A stretch of DNA of 64,000 nucleotides from a virus. Under the pieces are notes generated by a model, which searched no databases, had not been told where the DNA came from, and saw nothing but the letters and a program-made list of their open reading frames with translations. The number at the start of each line of letters is the position of its first letter. Position 1 is the stretch's first letter. The stretch covers positions 5,860 through 69,859 of the IMG/VR virus record IMGVR_UViG_3300034073_005046; one strand, 5' to 3'. This document shows, piece after piece, positions 27,939 to 37,812 of the stretch. The translations under genes and the position numbers were made by a program.

Positions 27939-30900
27939 TGACTGAGAATCCTTTCAAGGGCCTTGTGGCCGCTACTGAGATACAACAACGTATCGTTGAG
28001 AGCCTCGGCGTACCTTTCGCCGACCCCTTCAACGAAGAAGCAATCATTGCGGATGTAAACGATCCGAAGAAGCTTGGGCGAGTAAAGGTTACCACGAGTG
28101 ATGGGATTACCTCACAGAATTGGGTGCCGGTGGCCGGATCGAGTCGGGGTACGTTGAGTGCGAGGTACATCGGGGCGAGGGTTCTGGTAACGAAGAGAGA
28201 TGGCCGATCGGAGAATATGTATGTCCTTGGTGTGGTCAGGAATGATCCGGAGGTCGGGGTTACAGGTAATCCGATACAACTCCCAATCATCGACGAAAGC
28301 ATGGGTGTTTGGAACAACACCGTCTCTGATGAGGGGATGAAGTGCAATGAGGGGAATGAGGGCAAGGTATATATCCTGAGCACGGAGATGAACCAAGATG
28401 TTGTTGTCTGCTTGCGTCGGACCAGCAAGCAAGTGGGCAATAAGTCGGCTTGGGCATGGAAATCGTTGACGAATGGATTGTGGGTTGAGAAGGGTTATAA
28501 CCCGGGCAACGAGACGACACCGGCAATTTCGCAGTCACAACGAAACAACCCGGGCATCCCTGCTTGTACCGAATCGTTGTTGGGTGAGGTTCATGAGTTC
28601 ACCGAAGATAGGGGGTTCCGGACCACTACGATGGTGTGCAGGCGCGATGAGAACAAGGATTACAACTGGATGCCGCTTAGCTCTCCGCCGGTTTTCTTTC
28701 GAACAACGCTTCCCAAATGCTCGGAGAAGGTCCATGGCATGGAGGCTGTCGTAGATGATGGCAATAACTCAGAGTTCATGGTTTGTCAGAGGTACCAGGG
28801 ACTTATGCGCTGGGTCCGGCAAGGTCGTCGTATCCCTCATAAGTTCTATGGCAATGAAAAACCCCTGAGCCGTGTTCAGTTCACAACTAGATTTAACCAG
28901 ATCTCAGCGTTGGAGGAAGATATAAGCCTTAGCGAGAACGATAAGTGGCAAGAGACAGAGGACATGATCGATATCGCCTTCGATGAGACGATCAAAGATG
29001 TCCCATTGACTGGCACTGACCCTAAACTTAAAGCGCTATTGCAGGCGGCAGGCCTGGTTCCCGCCACCGCATTCGATGGGGCTCAGACGATGCGGAGAGT
29101 CGCCAGCGAAGCGCTAAGAAAACGGACTGGCCTCCCTATCGAGACCATCACAGCGTTGATACGGGAGGATCTGGATCGAGATGGGGTGTTGACACCCGCT
29201 ACTGCGCAAGCGCTAGAAGGTGTGGGCCGTACAGTCGATGTGTTGGTCAACGGAGTAGCGGACGGCGACATTGAAGGAGCGTTGCTTGGCATCGGCCAGA
29301 CTACTCTCCGAAACGCCCTTCTGAGCCTTGAGCCCCGTGCTGCGTCGGTGATGACTGGCTTGATGAGCGGAGGGATCATGGGCGCTGTGGACAGCGCGGT
29401 GGCCATTGGCCTAGACCAACTCCCGCCTGAAGTTAATAAGTATGTTTCTCCAGTCCTCGGGATAGCGAAGAACTTCCTACTATCATCTTACCCTAAATCG
29501 CTTGAGAACATCTTGAGTTCGGCTTCGGGCGGAGGTTTACTGGGAGCCGTATCTAGTACGGTGAATGGGGCGATTGGGAATAACATCGTAACGCCTCAGC
29601 TCCTATCTACTCTCGCGACAGGATTGACGTCAGGCAATTTCGGCGATGTATCGAAGCTTTTCGGATCTCTGGGTAACCTCGACCAGATTGCTAAGCTTCC
29701 CGCTCCGGCTGATTCCCTGCCTGCTTTGGCCACCACGGCCTTGGGTATCGCCGGACAAGCCGAAGCGATGAAGAATCTGTTGGGGGAGGGGGGCATCGGC
29801 CTAGACAACCTTGATCAGTTGATGGGTGGCGGTTTCAGCGCGGCTACGACGATCGTGTCGGGTGTGAAGGGTCTGGCTGGACTCTTTGGTGGCAGCGGAT
29901 CCCTCGGCTGCCCCTGCGACCCGAAATGCCGGAAAACGAAGCATGGGGAGGACAGTGACAACAATAATTTAATCGAACCTTGTGGTGCGATGACCGCTAA
30001 CAATGCGAATTCTGCGACACCCACTGGAAACCCACTTCTCAACAACATCGGTCCTATTGCTGAAGCGTTGAAGCTGCTTCCGACGGATGTCGGGGCGGAT
30101 CTTATACCGAAGAATATCCGAGATGTCAGCAGGATGATAGCCTCGAACCAAAGGGTTCGAGATATGGCGGAAACCGTATATAGCACTCGATTTGCGGACC
30201 AAGTAGACAAGATAGCAGAAGATACCTACACTGCTGAGGCTGTAGAAAAGACGGTCAAAGTAATCGACAATAACATCACCCGTATCGAGTCGGTAGAGAA
30301 AAAACTTATCGATACGTTGTATAACCTCCTCGCGGCTGTTGTGTATGACAAGAAACTATCTGGGCGTGATCCGGCCATCCTCCCTACCCTTATCAGGGAT
30401 ATCAGAGAGAATTCTCAAGCGATCAAGGACTTATATCGGTTCACCGCTAAACTAGATAGGGTGAAGAATGGGGGAACGGCCGGTGTAAACGTGACAACTA
30501 GCATAGCTAAATCTTTTCAGAATATTCCTGATCTTCAGGCGTTGATACGCCTGAATCGCAAAAAGGCCCTAGAACTCCTAAGAAACGGGGTTACGCCAGC
30601 GTACCGGGAGTGGAAGAGCATGGATCCCGGGTTCGGATTGTCCACGAAACTTGGTGCGTATGATCCGCCCATTCCCGATCCCTATGGGTCAGAGAAAACT
30701 CTATTCAACAAAGACCGAATTCTCGCGATCAGCATCGAGTCGAAGGTAGGAGATAACTCACCGCCCGAAGACAACACGACTCTGGATTTGGCTTTATCGT
30801 CTCAGCAGTTAAATAGACTGAAATCTGCATCGACGAGGTCTTTGGGTCTTGGTGAAAGAGAGTTGAATAGTCTGGGAGACATCTCCCCCTCTGACCTAGA

Positions 30901-30979
30901 GTCAGTCAACTCTGATCTCGGTGAAAGCACCTTATACGACACGATTGTTGGTCGGGAGGGCCAGACCGATTGTGAATAA
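27938..30979 (+). CDS. Baseplate spike (gp5/gpV/VgrG-like OB fold) with long C-terminal extension
   Basis: N-terminal DVNDPKKLGRVKV...SQNW...G.RVLV...YVLG. Confidence 0.65.
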   Translation: MTENPFKGLVAATEIQQRIVESLGVPFADPFNEEAIIADVNDPKKLGRVKVTTSDGITSQNWVPVAGSSRGTLSARYIGARVLVTKRDGRSENMYVLGVVRNDPEVGVTGNPIQLPIIDESMGVWNNTVSDEGMKCNEGNEGKVYILSTEMNQDVVVCLRRTSKQVGNKSAWAWKSLTNGLWVEKGYNPGNETTPAISQSQRNNPGIPACTESLLGEVHEFTEDRGFRTTTMVCRRDENKDYNWMPLSSPPVFFRTTLPKCSEKVHGMEAVVDDGNNSEFMVCQRYQGLMRWVRQGRRIPHKFYGNEKPLSRVQFTTRFNQISALEEDISLSENDKWQETEDMIDIAFDETIKDVPLTGTDPKLKALLQAAGLVPATAFDGAQTMRRVASEALRKRTGLPIETITALIREDLDRDGVLTPATAQALEGVGRTVDVLVNGVADGDIEGALLGIGQTTLRNALLSLEPRAASVMTGLMSGGIMGAVDSAVAIGLDQLPPEVNKYVSPVLGIAKNFLLSSYPKSLENILSSASGGGLLGAVSSTVNGAIGNNIVTPQLLSTLATGLTSGNFGDVSKLFGSLGNLDQIAKLPAPADSLPALATTALGIAGQAEAMKNLLGEGGIGLDNLDQLMGGGFSAATTIVSGVKGLAGLFGGSGSLGCPCDPKCRKTKHGEDSDNNNLIEPCGAMTANNANSATPTGNPLLNNIGPIAEALKLLPTDVGADLIPKNIRDVSRMIASNQRVRDMAETVYSTRFADQVDKIAEDTYTAEAVEKTVKVIDNNITRIESVEKKLIDTLYNLLAAVVYDKKLSGRDPAILPTLIRDIRENSQAIKDLYRFTAKLDRVKNGGTAGVNVTTSIAKSFQNIPDLQALIRLNRKKALELLRNGVTPAYREWKSMDPGFGLSTKLGAYDPPIPDPYGSEKTLFNKDRILAISIESKVGDNSPPEDNTTLDLALSSQQLNRLKSASTRSLGLGERELNSLGDISPSDLESVNSDLGESTLYDTIVGREGQTDCE

Positions 30980-32552
30980 AGCGCAGAGAGATAAGGAGAA
31001 GGAAATAGTATTGGAGATGTCGAAAGACATTGAGAACCTTTCCCTGTCCGATAAAAAAGAGCTACTTAGGCTTCGATGTCGCACTGAGTTTATAACTTTC
31101 GCTAAGTTTATAACTCGAGAAGTAAGTACTAATGGTGTTTTCGTGCCATACAAAGTACACTCATTGATTTGTGATTATGTACAAGGGATTTGTGATGGTG
31201 AACCGAAATACCGTAGAACCGTAATTTCTTTGCCACCTAGAACAGGTAAATCTTTGCTTCTTTCTAAATTAATGCCCACATGGCAGTTAGGCAGGAGTCC
31301 AACGGCACAATTTATTCTAGCTTCGTATGCCCTTAAACTAAGCCAAGAAGCCAGCCGTTCTATCTTAGCTTATACTACAAGCGAAGCATTTCACTGGGTA
31401 TTTCCAGAATGTGAAGTTTTGGAAAAAAATTCTAATTTAAAAACTATAAGGTCCGAGCAAGGTGGACTAATTATGTCCGCATCGGCTGGTGGTGGTGTAA
31501 CAGGTTTTGGCTACGGAGTAATTAGCGAAGATGATTTGCCAGGAATCGGCATCATGGATGACTTACTTGAAGATGGTAATTCTCCACAAGTCCTTGAATC
31601 GGCATTTTCTTGGGCAGCAGCTCAGTTTCTCACTAGAGGTTTGCCAAATAACTGCGTAGCTAGCATCGGAACTCGATTCCACAAAGAAGATGTTTCAGGT
31701 AGGCTTATCTCTAGTGATCCAGAAGGCTGGTTACAGTTGAATGTCCCAGCCCTGTGTATGGACGAAGATAACGACCCGCTGGGAAGAAAACTAGATGAAT
31801 CACACTGGCCTGAGTTTTTCCCCACTTCTGCCCTGGAAAGTATCAAGAAACAGGATCCCAAGACGTTCGAAGTACTGTATCAAGGTCGGCCGAGCGGTGA
31901 GAGCGGGGCGATATTCAAGGATTTTTGGTTTGAGTACCATGATAAAAACAAAGAGAACTACGAGTATATCTACGCTTCCGCTGACACCGCCTTGAAGAAA
32001 GGGGAGATGAACGATTCGTCTGTAATCTGTATTTTCGGTGTCGTTAAAAGGACTAGGAAACTTCACCTGCTCCATGTATATAAAGAAAAAATGGAATTTC
32101 CCGAACTCCTTAAGGCTATGCCGTTGTGGCTAAAGACTTGGCGTGTCCGAACCCTGTATATCGAAGCGAGGGCTTCTGGTCTCCCTCTTATACAAATGCT
32201 CCGCAAGGAGCTGCAGATACCTGTGCGTGAGGTCATCCCGACCAAAGATAAAATCGCTCGAGCCAACGAAATCGCTCCGATTGCGGAGGAAGGACGGATC
32301 TCAATCTACTCTGATATCCCTAACCTCGGTGAGCTGATGGCCGAGTTGACAGCTTTCCCGTTTACAAAACACGACGACTTTGTGGACAGTTTTGTCCTCG
32401 GTGTGACTGTATTCCGCGATGAGATTATGGGGTCGGCTAAGGCGGCTCATGGCGGTAGCCGTATTCATCTTCCACAAGCAAACCACACTAGCGGCTTACA
32501 ACGGACGACAAGTCGTCTGGGACGAGGATCGTTGAAAACGACGTACATGTGA
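30972..32552 (+). CDS. terL: Terminase large subunit
   Basis: ISLPPRTGKS Walker A, IMDD, GTRFHKED, LYQG.P, DTA...D.S, IEARASG and FP..KHDDFVD. Likely GTG start at 30972 (ORF open from 30921). Confidence 0.92.
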   Translation: MNKAQRDKEKEIVLEMSKDIENLSLSDKKELLRLRCRTEFITFAKFITREVSTNGVFVPYKVHSLICDYVQGICDGEPKYRRTVISLPPRTGKSLLLSKLMPTWQLGRSPTAQFILASYALKLSQEASRSILAYTTSEAFHWVFPECEVLEKNSNLKTIRSEQGGLIMSASAGGGVTGFGYGVISEDDLPGIGIMDDLLEDGNSPQVLESAFSWAAAQFLTRGLPNNCVASIGTRFHKEDVSGRLISSDPEGWLQLNVPALCMDEDNDPLGRKLDESHWPEFFPTSALESIKKQDPKTFEVLYQGRPSGESGAIFKDFWFEYHDKNKENYEYIYASADTALKKGEMNDSSVICIFGVVKRTRKLHLLHVYKEKMEFPELLKAMPLWLKTWRVRTLYIEARASGLPLIQMLRKELQIPVREVIPTKDKIARANEIAPIAEEGRISIYSDIPNLGELMAELTAFPFTKHDDFVDSFVLGVTVFRDEIMGSAKAAHGGSRIHLPQANHTSGLQRTTSRLGRGSLKTTYM

Positions 32553-32559
32553 GTTTGTG

Positions 32560-32568
32560 TGTTATAAT
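32560..32568 (+). promoter_or_regulatory. Extended -10 promoter TGTTATAAT
   Basis: Perfect match about 28 bp upstream of the trx-sigma operon. Confidence 0.75.
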
Positions 32569-32596
32569 ACACAAGTATTAGTTTACAACCTTCTCT

Positions 32597-32923
32597 ATGA
32601 CTGACACTAACGATTTTCGCTACAGGGTCGTGTTTTTCACACAAAACGGATGCCCAGCCTGCGATGCCATGGCTCCCATCTGGGCGAAAGTCGCCGGGGA
32701 AGTAGCTGAAGAGTACCCAGAACTACAAGTGGGTTGGGGAGAATTTAATGTCCTTGATGACAACTGGGAGTTTTTAGAGTCTCTTGTTCCCGGCGAATCT
32801 GGCAACGGAACCCCCGAATTCGCCATTTTTGATGAAGATTGCGAACTCATCGCATTTAACGGCGACGGGATCATGCCCGCCAGCCAACTCAAAGATTTCG
32901 TAATCTCCTCGATTCGTAAGTAA
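32597..32923 (+). CDS. Thioredoxin-fold protein
   Basis: FFTQNGCPAC..M.P.W and the GTP cis-Pro motif. Confidence 0.8.
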   Translation: MTDTNDFRYRVVFFTQNGCPACDAMAPIWAKVAGEVAEEYPELQVGWGEFNVLDDNWEFLESLVPGESGNGTPEFAIFDEDCELIAFNGDGIMPASQLKDFVISSIRK

Positions 32924-32927
32924 TCAC

Positions 32928-33644
32928 ATGGATTTGAATTCTAAGCACCGGGGTAGGAAGCGCACGGAGTACGAGGTTACCCGGGACAGGCATATCCGCG
33001 AGAATATGTGGAAAGCGGCTCATGTAGCGAGGAAGGTATCGACGTTTAGCGGCTTACCTTTCGAGGATCTGAGGTCCGTTGCCCTCGAAGCGATGGTCAA
33101 ACTCTACGACAAGTGGGATCCGAGCCGGGCGAACTTCAGTACGTGGCTGAATCGGTCACTTACGTTCCAGGTTCTTAACTACCTTCGCGACCACTCCCGG
33201 ATGATCCGAATGCCAAGATTGTATGCCGATGTATACATGAAGATTCGGAAGATCATTGGGGCGAATCCGGACATCTCGGATTGTGAAGTGGCCGAGCAAA
33301 CCGGTCTCGACGAGATCTTGATACGGGAGACGAGAAAGGCGTATCTTGTGACGTATACCGAAATCAATGAAGATACGGAGATGCCCGTTGAAGACGAGGA
33401 GCTGGACAAAGATACGTTGCCCAGGATGTTAGAGGACTACAAGGGTACGTTAGAGCGTTTGGCCGATTTACCCGAATCGGAGTACGATTTTCTCGTCGAT
33501 GTGTACGTACACAAACGGGCTTATTCGACCATCGCTAGGAAAAACCCTGGCATCTGTAATGCCGAAAAGATACGGGCGAAGACAAACGAAATTATGGAGA
33601 AAATCTTGACCGAGGAGGATGACCCGTGGCCAGGAAGTATGTGA
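32928..33644 (+). CDS. RNA polymerase sigma factor (group 3, SigF/SigB-like)
   Basis: Region 2: ARK...FEDL...A...K....WDPSR.NFSTW...YLRDHSRMIRMPR. Region 3: EVAEQTGL. Region 4 is divergent. Confidence 0.85.
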   Translation: MDLNSKHRGRKRTEYEVTRDRHIRENMWKAAHVARKVSTFSGLPFEDLRSVALEAMVKLYDKWDPSRANFSTWLNRSLTFQVLNYLRDHSRMIRMPRLYADVYMKIRKIIGANPDISDCEVAEQTGLDEILIRETRKAYLVTYTEINEDTEMPVEDEELDKDTLPRMLEDYKGTLERLADLPESEYDFLVDVYVHKRAYSTIARKNPGICNAEKIRAKTNEIMEKILTEEDDPWPGSM

Positions 33645-34336
33645 CGGTTCTGGGGACCCAGTACAACAAGAAGGGGCTTGGAGCGAAATGGTCGGAGGTT
33701 GTCGCCTCGTATGAGGTGGGGGTGACCGTGGGTCCGGAGGACTTCGCGTTCATCACCGACATACTACAACGGATACCGCGCTTCTCTAAAGTGTTGGCCC
33801 GGGGAAAACCGGTGTATCGGGTGGTTAACAAACGATTTAACGGTAAGGTCGTCAAAGGCATCGTCCTGGTGACACCGAATTCGGGCTACGAGGTGTGGGT
33901 AGGGAAGAAAGTCATCATAGATGCGATGTTTCCGCCAATCAATCTCCCCAACCCTGCCAAGCAAAATCGCCGCGATGCGTTGCGGGCGATGCGGGGAATC
34001 ATCGAACCTCAGATACAACAGTATCGTCGGAGGTTTGCGGGCAAATCGGTGATCAAGTCGTCGTTGACAGGCAAGCCGATCCTCGGGCCGTATCACGTCG
34101 ACCATGTGTATCCGTTTGTGAGGCTGGTCGAGGAGTGGTGCAGGGAGAGGGGGCACGATCTCGAGACGATACCGGTTAAGTGTCGGGGAGCGAGTTGCCG
34201 ATTTGAGTCGGTGGACATGGCCGAGGACTGGTTTGACTATCACGCATTTCACGCGGAATTCCAGGTCCTCGATGCGTCGGAGAATACCTCGAAGGGGTCA
34301 AGATACTTTGGGAGGAGTAAAGATTCGGTCGAATAG
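33626..34336 (+). CDS. Hypothetical protein, DUF3223-like N-half plus HNH-like C-half
   Basis: HVDHVYPF..L...W and W..YH...A..Q.L...N motifs. Family call is tentative. Confidence 0.45.
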   Translation: MARKYVTVLGTQYNKKGLGAKWSEVVASYEVGVTVGPEDFAFITDILQRIPRFSKVLARGKPVYRVVNKRFNGKVVKGIVLVTPNSGYEVWVGKKVIIDAMFPPINLPNPAKQNRRDALRAMRGIIEPQIQQYRRRFAGKSVIKSSLTGKPILGPYHVDHVYPFVRLVEEWCRERGHDLETIPVKCRGASCRFESVDMAEDWFDYHAFHAEFQVLDASENTSKGSRYFGRSKDSVE

Positions 34337-34828
34337 GCGGGCGGCTTCGTTTGCCAAGATGTCAGAGATGGCCGAATCCTCTGTGCGCAGCACAGAGGAG
34401 CTGAGCCAAGGACGAGAGGGGTCGGGTCTTTCCATATACATCGTGTAGACAGGCTGCTGCTTACGCCCCACCACCGACTCCTCCCGCTTCCCGTACTTCT
34501 CTTCGAGGTATTTGATTACCGGGGAATCCGGACCCTGCTGCTCGAGTTCGGCCTCGAGATCTTTGAGGGATTTCTGGAAAGCAGTGTATAATTTTTCGCC
34601 GTATCCACCACTATCGATCTCAACACTTACCGCTTCGACCGACCGGACATACTGCGAGATGTTATGCGTAACTTCTCTCGCGTATCCTTCAGCGACGGTG
34701 CGGAGGAATTCTTGCCGTATCGACTCAGCTACCTGCGACACCGCTTCGCGCTTCAGGATTTGTTTGGCTGAGTCGTCTATGACGTCGCGCAGGAAGAGAG
34801 CGAGGAGAGGACGGAGTAAGGGAGTCAT
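34298..34828 (-). CDS. Hypothetical protein (possibly virion morphogenesis)
   Basis: 176 aa, translationally coupled (TAATG) to the upstream hydrolase gene. Confidence 0.6.
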   Translation of the reverse strand: MTPLLRPLLALFLRDVIDDSAKQILKREAVSQVAESIRQEFLRTVAEGYAREVTHNISQYVRSVEAVSVEIDSGGYGEKLYTAFQKSLKDLEAELEQQGPDSPVIKYLEEKYGKREESVVGRKQQPVYTMYMERPDPSRPWLSSSVLRTEDSAISDILANEAARLFDRIFTPPKVS

Positions 34829-37812
34829 TAAGAAATGCGACTACATTTGAGTCCAGGGTATATCTTTCCAGCCTCTATCGACCTCTCTGGAACTGCGCCA
34901 GATCCTCTCTCATAGTACTGATTCCACAACGATGCTGCTTCCTCCGCACTCCTCGCGTTATTCATAGCATCGACTACTCCAGGGTTTACGTCTTTTCCCT
35001 CCCGTATCTCTTTTACCATAAACCTCAACTCACAATCTAATGTGCTTACATCTCCACAGAATCTACGTATAGCTTCTTGTCTAGTAAAACACCATTGGGC
35101 GATACCATATCCCGGAGAGCCACTACAGCCAACTCCTGGGTTAGGAAGATTGTGTCTATTAGCTCGAATTCCTGATTCGATTTGGAAGTTTCCTAGCACA
35201 CCTGCATAGGCGTAGGGGTTTGTTATGCCCACCGACTTCAGTGCTGCCATTACCTCATTCATTGTGGAAGTAGAAGCCTTTAAGTAATTACCGGTATAAC
35301 TGCATTGGGAGGGGGGGAAGTTTCCACCCACACTAGGCCCATTTGTCTGATCACCTGGCCTCAAGAAATTCCTAAGCTTTTCGGTCTCCTGGCATATCAC
35401 CTCACAACTGGTCTTACCACTCTCCAGTTTCCAGCACAGATCTCCGAGAGATCTGATGTAGCCGTAATAATCCTTGGTCTTATCTAGGCCGGCTACAGCA
35501 AGGTAATCGTCGAATGACGGAGAATCAGCCTTCGCTACATCGACCCCCCAATCCGTGATACCTGTCAACGAGACACGCAGATCGCCTTGATTCCAGTTGT
35601 AACGAGCCTCTCTTACGATATATTTCGAAAACCTCCCAGCAATCCACACCCCCGGGTCGATATCAGCCGGCTTACCTCTCTCGATCCACTCATCGTAGCG
35701 GGTGACGAAAGAGAGAATCGTTCGGCCAGGGGTGATCCGAAGTGCTCTCGGGACTCCCTTGAACTCTGTAGTGATCTCCGCTCCTCGGACAGCAGGACCA
35801 CCACGCACACCGGATCCGAATTTACTACCAGACCCGGGTTGCCCCGGAGTACCCGTGATTCCTCCGGGGGCGAGGTGGGCGAGAAGCATTTGGCCTTTGG
35901 GAGTATCTATAATAACATGATTACCATACCTGCCTCCACATTCGTCGGTTCTATCATTTTCTTTAGTACACCCTGATTCAACTATTTGGGCTAAAGTAGC
36001 ACCGTTGATCAGTTCTAGGGGGGCTCTATCATTACCACCTATATCAACCCCGTTGTGATCAGGTCTTTTAGCACTCCGGTAGGTCGATGTAACAGTACCA
36101 GGAACATTAACAAATTCTCTGACTTGGTTTTCATTGATAGGTCTTTTATCTTGCCACTCAGCGTGTAGGTGAGGGCCATCACTACTACCTGTGCTGCCGA
36201 CATAACCTATCACTCCGCTACTTCCTTGCCCAAGCTCCGACGGCCCGGAGGGCGTTTCACTCAGCCCGATGTCTTTACGTTCCTGTTCACTCAGATCTTT
36301 TACGGGGACAGCGTACTTCCACACGATAGCTGGAGACAAAGTGACCTCGCTAGCCCCGGCAAGAAAGAAGCGGGTATGTTCCGGATTCTCAGCCGTCGAG
36401 GTACCCAGAGGTTGATTGAGCCTCACATCAGCCCCAGGTTTAATGTCCCCAGCAAGCTGGAGATTTCTAGTCTCCTGCACAATAACCCTATTTTGGCACG
36501 GAGGCTTATTCCCTTTCTCGCAAAACCGAACAAAGTAGTTTGTATTGATTCGGACCAAACCTTCTGGGGCTACGGAGACCCGTCCATCCAACAACGCGAT
36601 GGGCTCGGTGCCATTGACATTCAAACCAAACAGATTGATTTTTGTCTTCCTGATCGTCGTCACCTTCGGCCCAGCCGACTCCCACACATACCCCGAGGTA
36701 GACAGGTTATCGATGTAGTGTTTTGTGTAAGTCTCAAATTGGCCCGGGAAGATCGTCAGAGATGTTTTCGCCTCCTTCAGCTTCGCTTTACGTTTCTGCG
36801 GATAAATATCATTAATCTCGTATTCAATCTCCTGGAGGCCAGTTCTATCGTACTGATAGCCTAGGCCCATCTCCTCCGCGAACTCTCTGTTCAGGTTGTT
36901 GAGGGTTTGGGGAACCTGCCCGGTGATCTGATACGATTCGTACAATCCTTTGCCCAGGTAAAATACCGAACAGCCCTGGTTGATGTTAGCCCTTGTGCAG
37001 ATGCTGATTTTTTTGGCGAATTCTTGGGTAGGCAAAGAGAGATAATTTCCCTTCACACTCTTGACATATTTATTAATAATTTCCCCAGCAGTTACCTTTC
37101 TCTCTTTGAAAGCTTGGGGCATTATATATTCCTTTGTATCTGTTTGTGACGGATCAGTGCAGAAGGAGACCTTATAATCATATCGCTCGACAATCGACTT
37201 CAGGTTTTCTTCCAACGTCTTGTTCTCCTCCATCTGAAAGTTAACAAGGTTTTGGTTAAAGATCACGCTTTGTGGGTCGACGGCTTGCAGGTTTACGCGT
37301 GGAAAAGCCGAACCGTGTTCGATGGAGAAGCCTTGCAGACGAAAATACGATGTCAAGCCAAACCTCGTCCCAGCAACATCGTAGTAGTACTGAATTAGTA
37401 GGTGGGCGAAGGACCCGAAACTCGTTGAGTTGAGGTTGGGGTCGTCGATTTCCTGATAACTGGCGCATTTCCCCGAGGCCGGGCTCTCTCCCTCCGCACA
37501 AGCCGGCAACATGATTTTGTTTGCCGCTGCGTTCTGGCTAGTGGTATACGCAGCAGCAGAGTCGAAAAGGGCGGCCCAGGCGATTCCCGTCATGTACGGA
37601 TCGGACAGGGTTACGTTGGCTGTCGACCCTGTCAACGAATTGACAAACTGGCTGAGAGTTGTCTCCGAGTCGAGGTTGGTCGCAACGGAGTTCGGATCCC
37701 AGCGCAGGTTGACATTCGCACTTACGATCTGCCTCTCTGGGAACGTGATAAGCCGACTACTGGCGTACGGCCGGTAGCTTACCGTACACTTGCAGCGGTA
37801 TAGGCTATGCAC
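34828..37812 (-). CDS. Baseplate-hub-like protein with M23 peptidase and phage tail lysozyme domains
   Basis: GSTGSSDGPHLH, HNGVDIG, YGNHVII and LAHL (M23). C-terminal AGVLGNFQIESG...GIAQW...YYER (tail lysozyme). Confidence 0.8.
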   Translation of the reverse strand: MHSLYRCKCTVSYRPYASSRLITFPERQIVSANVNLRWDPNSVATNLDSETTLSQFVNSLTGSTANVTLSDPYMTGIAWAALFDSAAAYTTSQNAAANKIMLPACAEGESPASGKCASYQEIDDPNLNSTSFGSFAHLLIQYYYDVAGTRFGLTSYFRLQGFSIEHGSAFPRVNLQAVDPQSVIFNQNLVNFQMEENKTLEENLKSIVERYDYKVSFCTDPSQTDTKEYIMPQAFKERKVTAGEIINKYVKSVKGNYLSLPTQEFAKKISICTRANINQGCSVFYLGKGLYESYQITGQVPQTLNNLNREFAEEMGLGYQYDRTGLQEIEYEINDIYPQKRKAKLKEAKTSLTIFPGQFETYTKHYIDNLSTSGYVWESAGPKVTTIRKTKINLFGLNVNGTEPIALLDGRVSVAPEGLVRINTNYFVRFCEKGNKPPCQNRVIVQETRNLQLAGDIKPGADVRLNQPLGTSTAENPEHTRFFLAGASEVTLSPAIVWKYAVPVKDLSEQERKDIGLSETPSGPSELGQGSSGVIGYVGSTGSSDGPHLHAEWQDKRPINENQVREFVNVPGTVTSTYRSAKRPDHNGVDIGGNDRAPLELINGATLAQIVESGCTKENDRTDECGGRYGNHVIIDTPKGQMLLAHLAPGGITGTPGQPGSGSKFGSGVRGGPAVRGAEITTEFKGVPRALRITPGRTILSFVTRYDEWIERGKPADIDPGVWIAGRFSKYIVREARYNWNQGDLRVSLTGITDWGVDVAKADSPSFDDYLAVAGLDKTKDYYGYIRSLGDLCWKLESGKTSCEVICQETEKLRNFLRPGDQTNGPSVGGNFPPSQCSYTGNYLKASTSTMNEVMAALKSVGITNPYAYAGVLGNFQIESGIRANRHNLPNPGVGCSGSPGYGIAQWCFTRQEAIRRFCGDVSTLDCELRFMVKEIREGKDVNPGVVDAMNNARSAEEAASLWNQYYERGSGAVPERSIEAGKIYPGLKCSRIS

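Noticed and set aside
1267-30979. Extracellular contractile injection system or T6SS locus
   Set aside because: The tube-, baseplate- and spike-like genes sit with terminase and replication genes, indicating a true phage.
9741-32552. Inteins or group I introns in nrdA, nrdB or terminase
   Set aside because: The ORFs are continuous and of normal core length, and I saw no splice-junction motifs.
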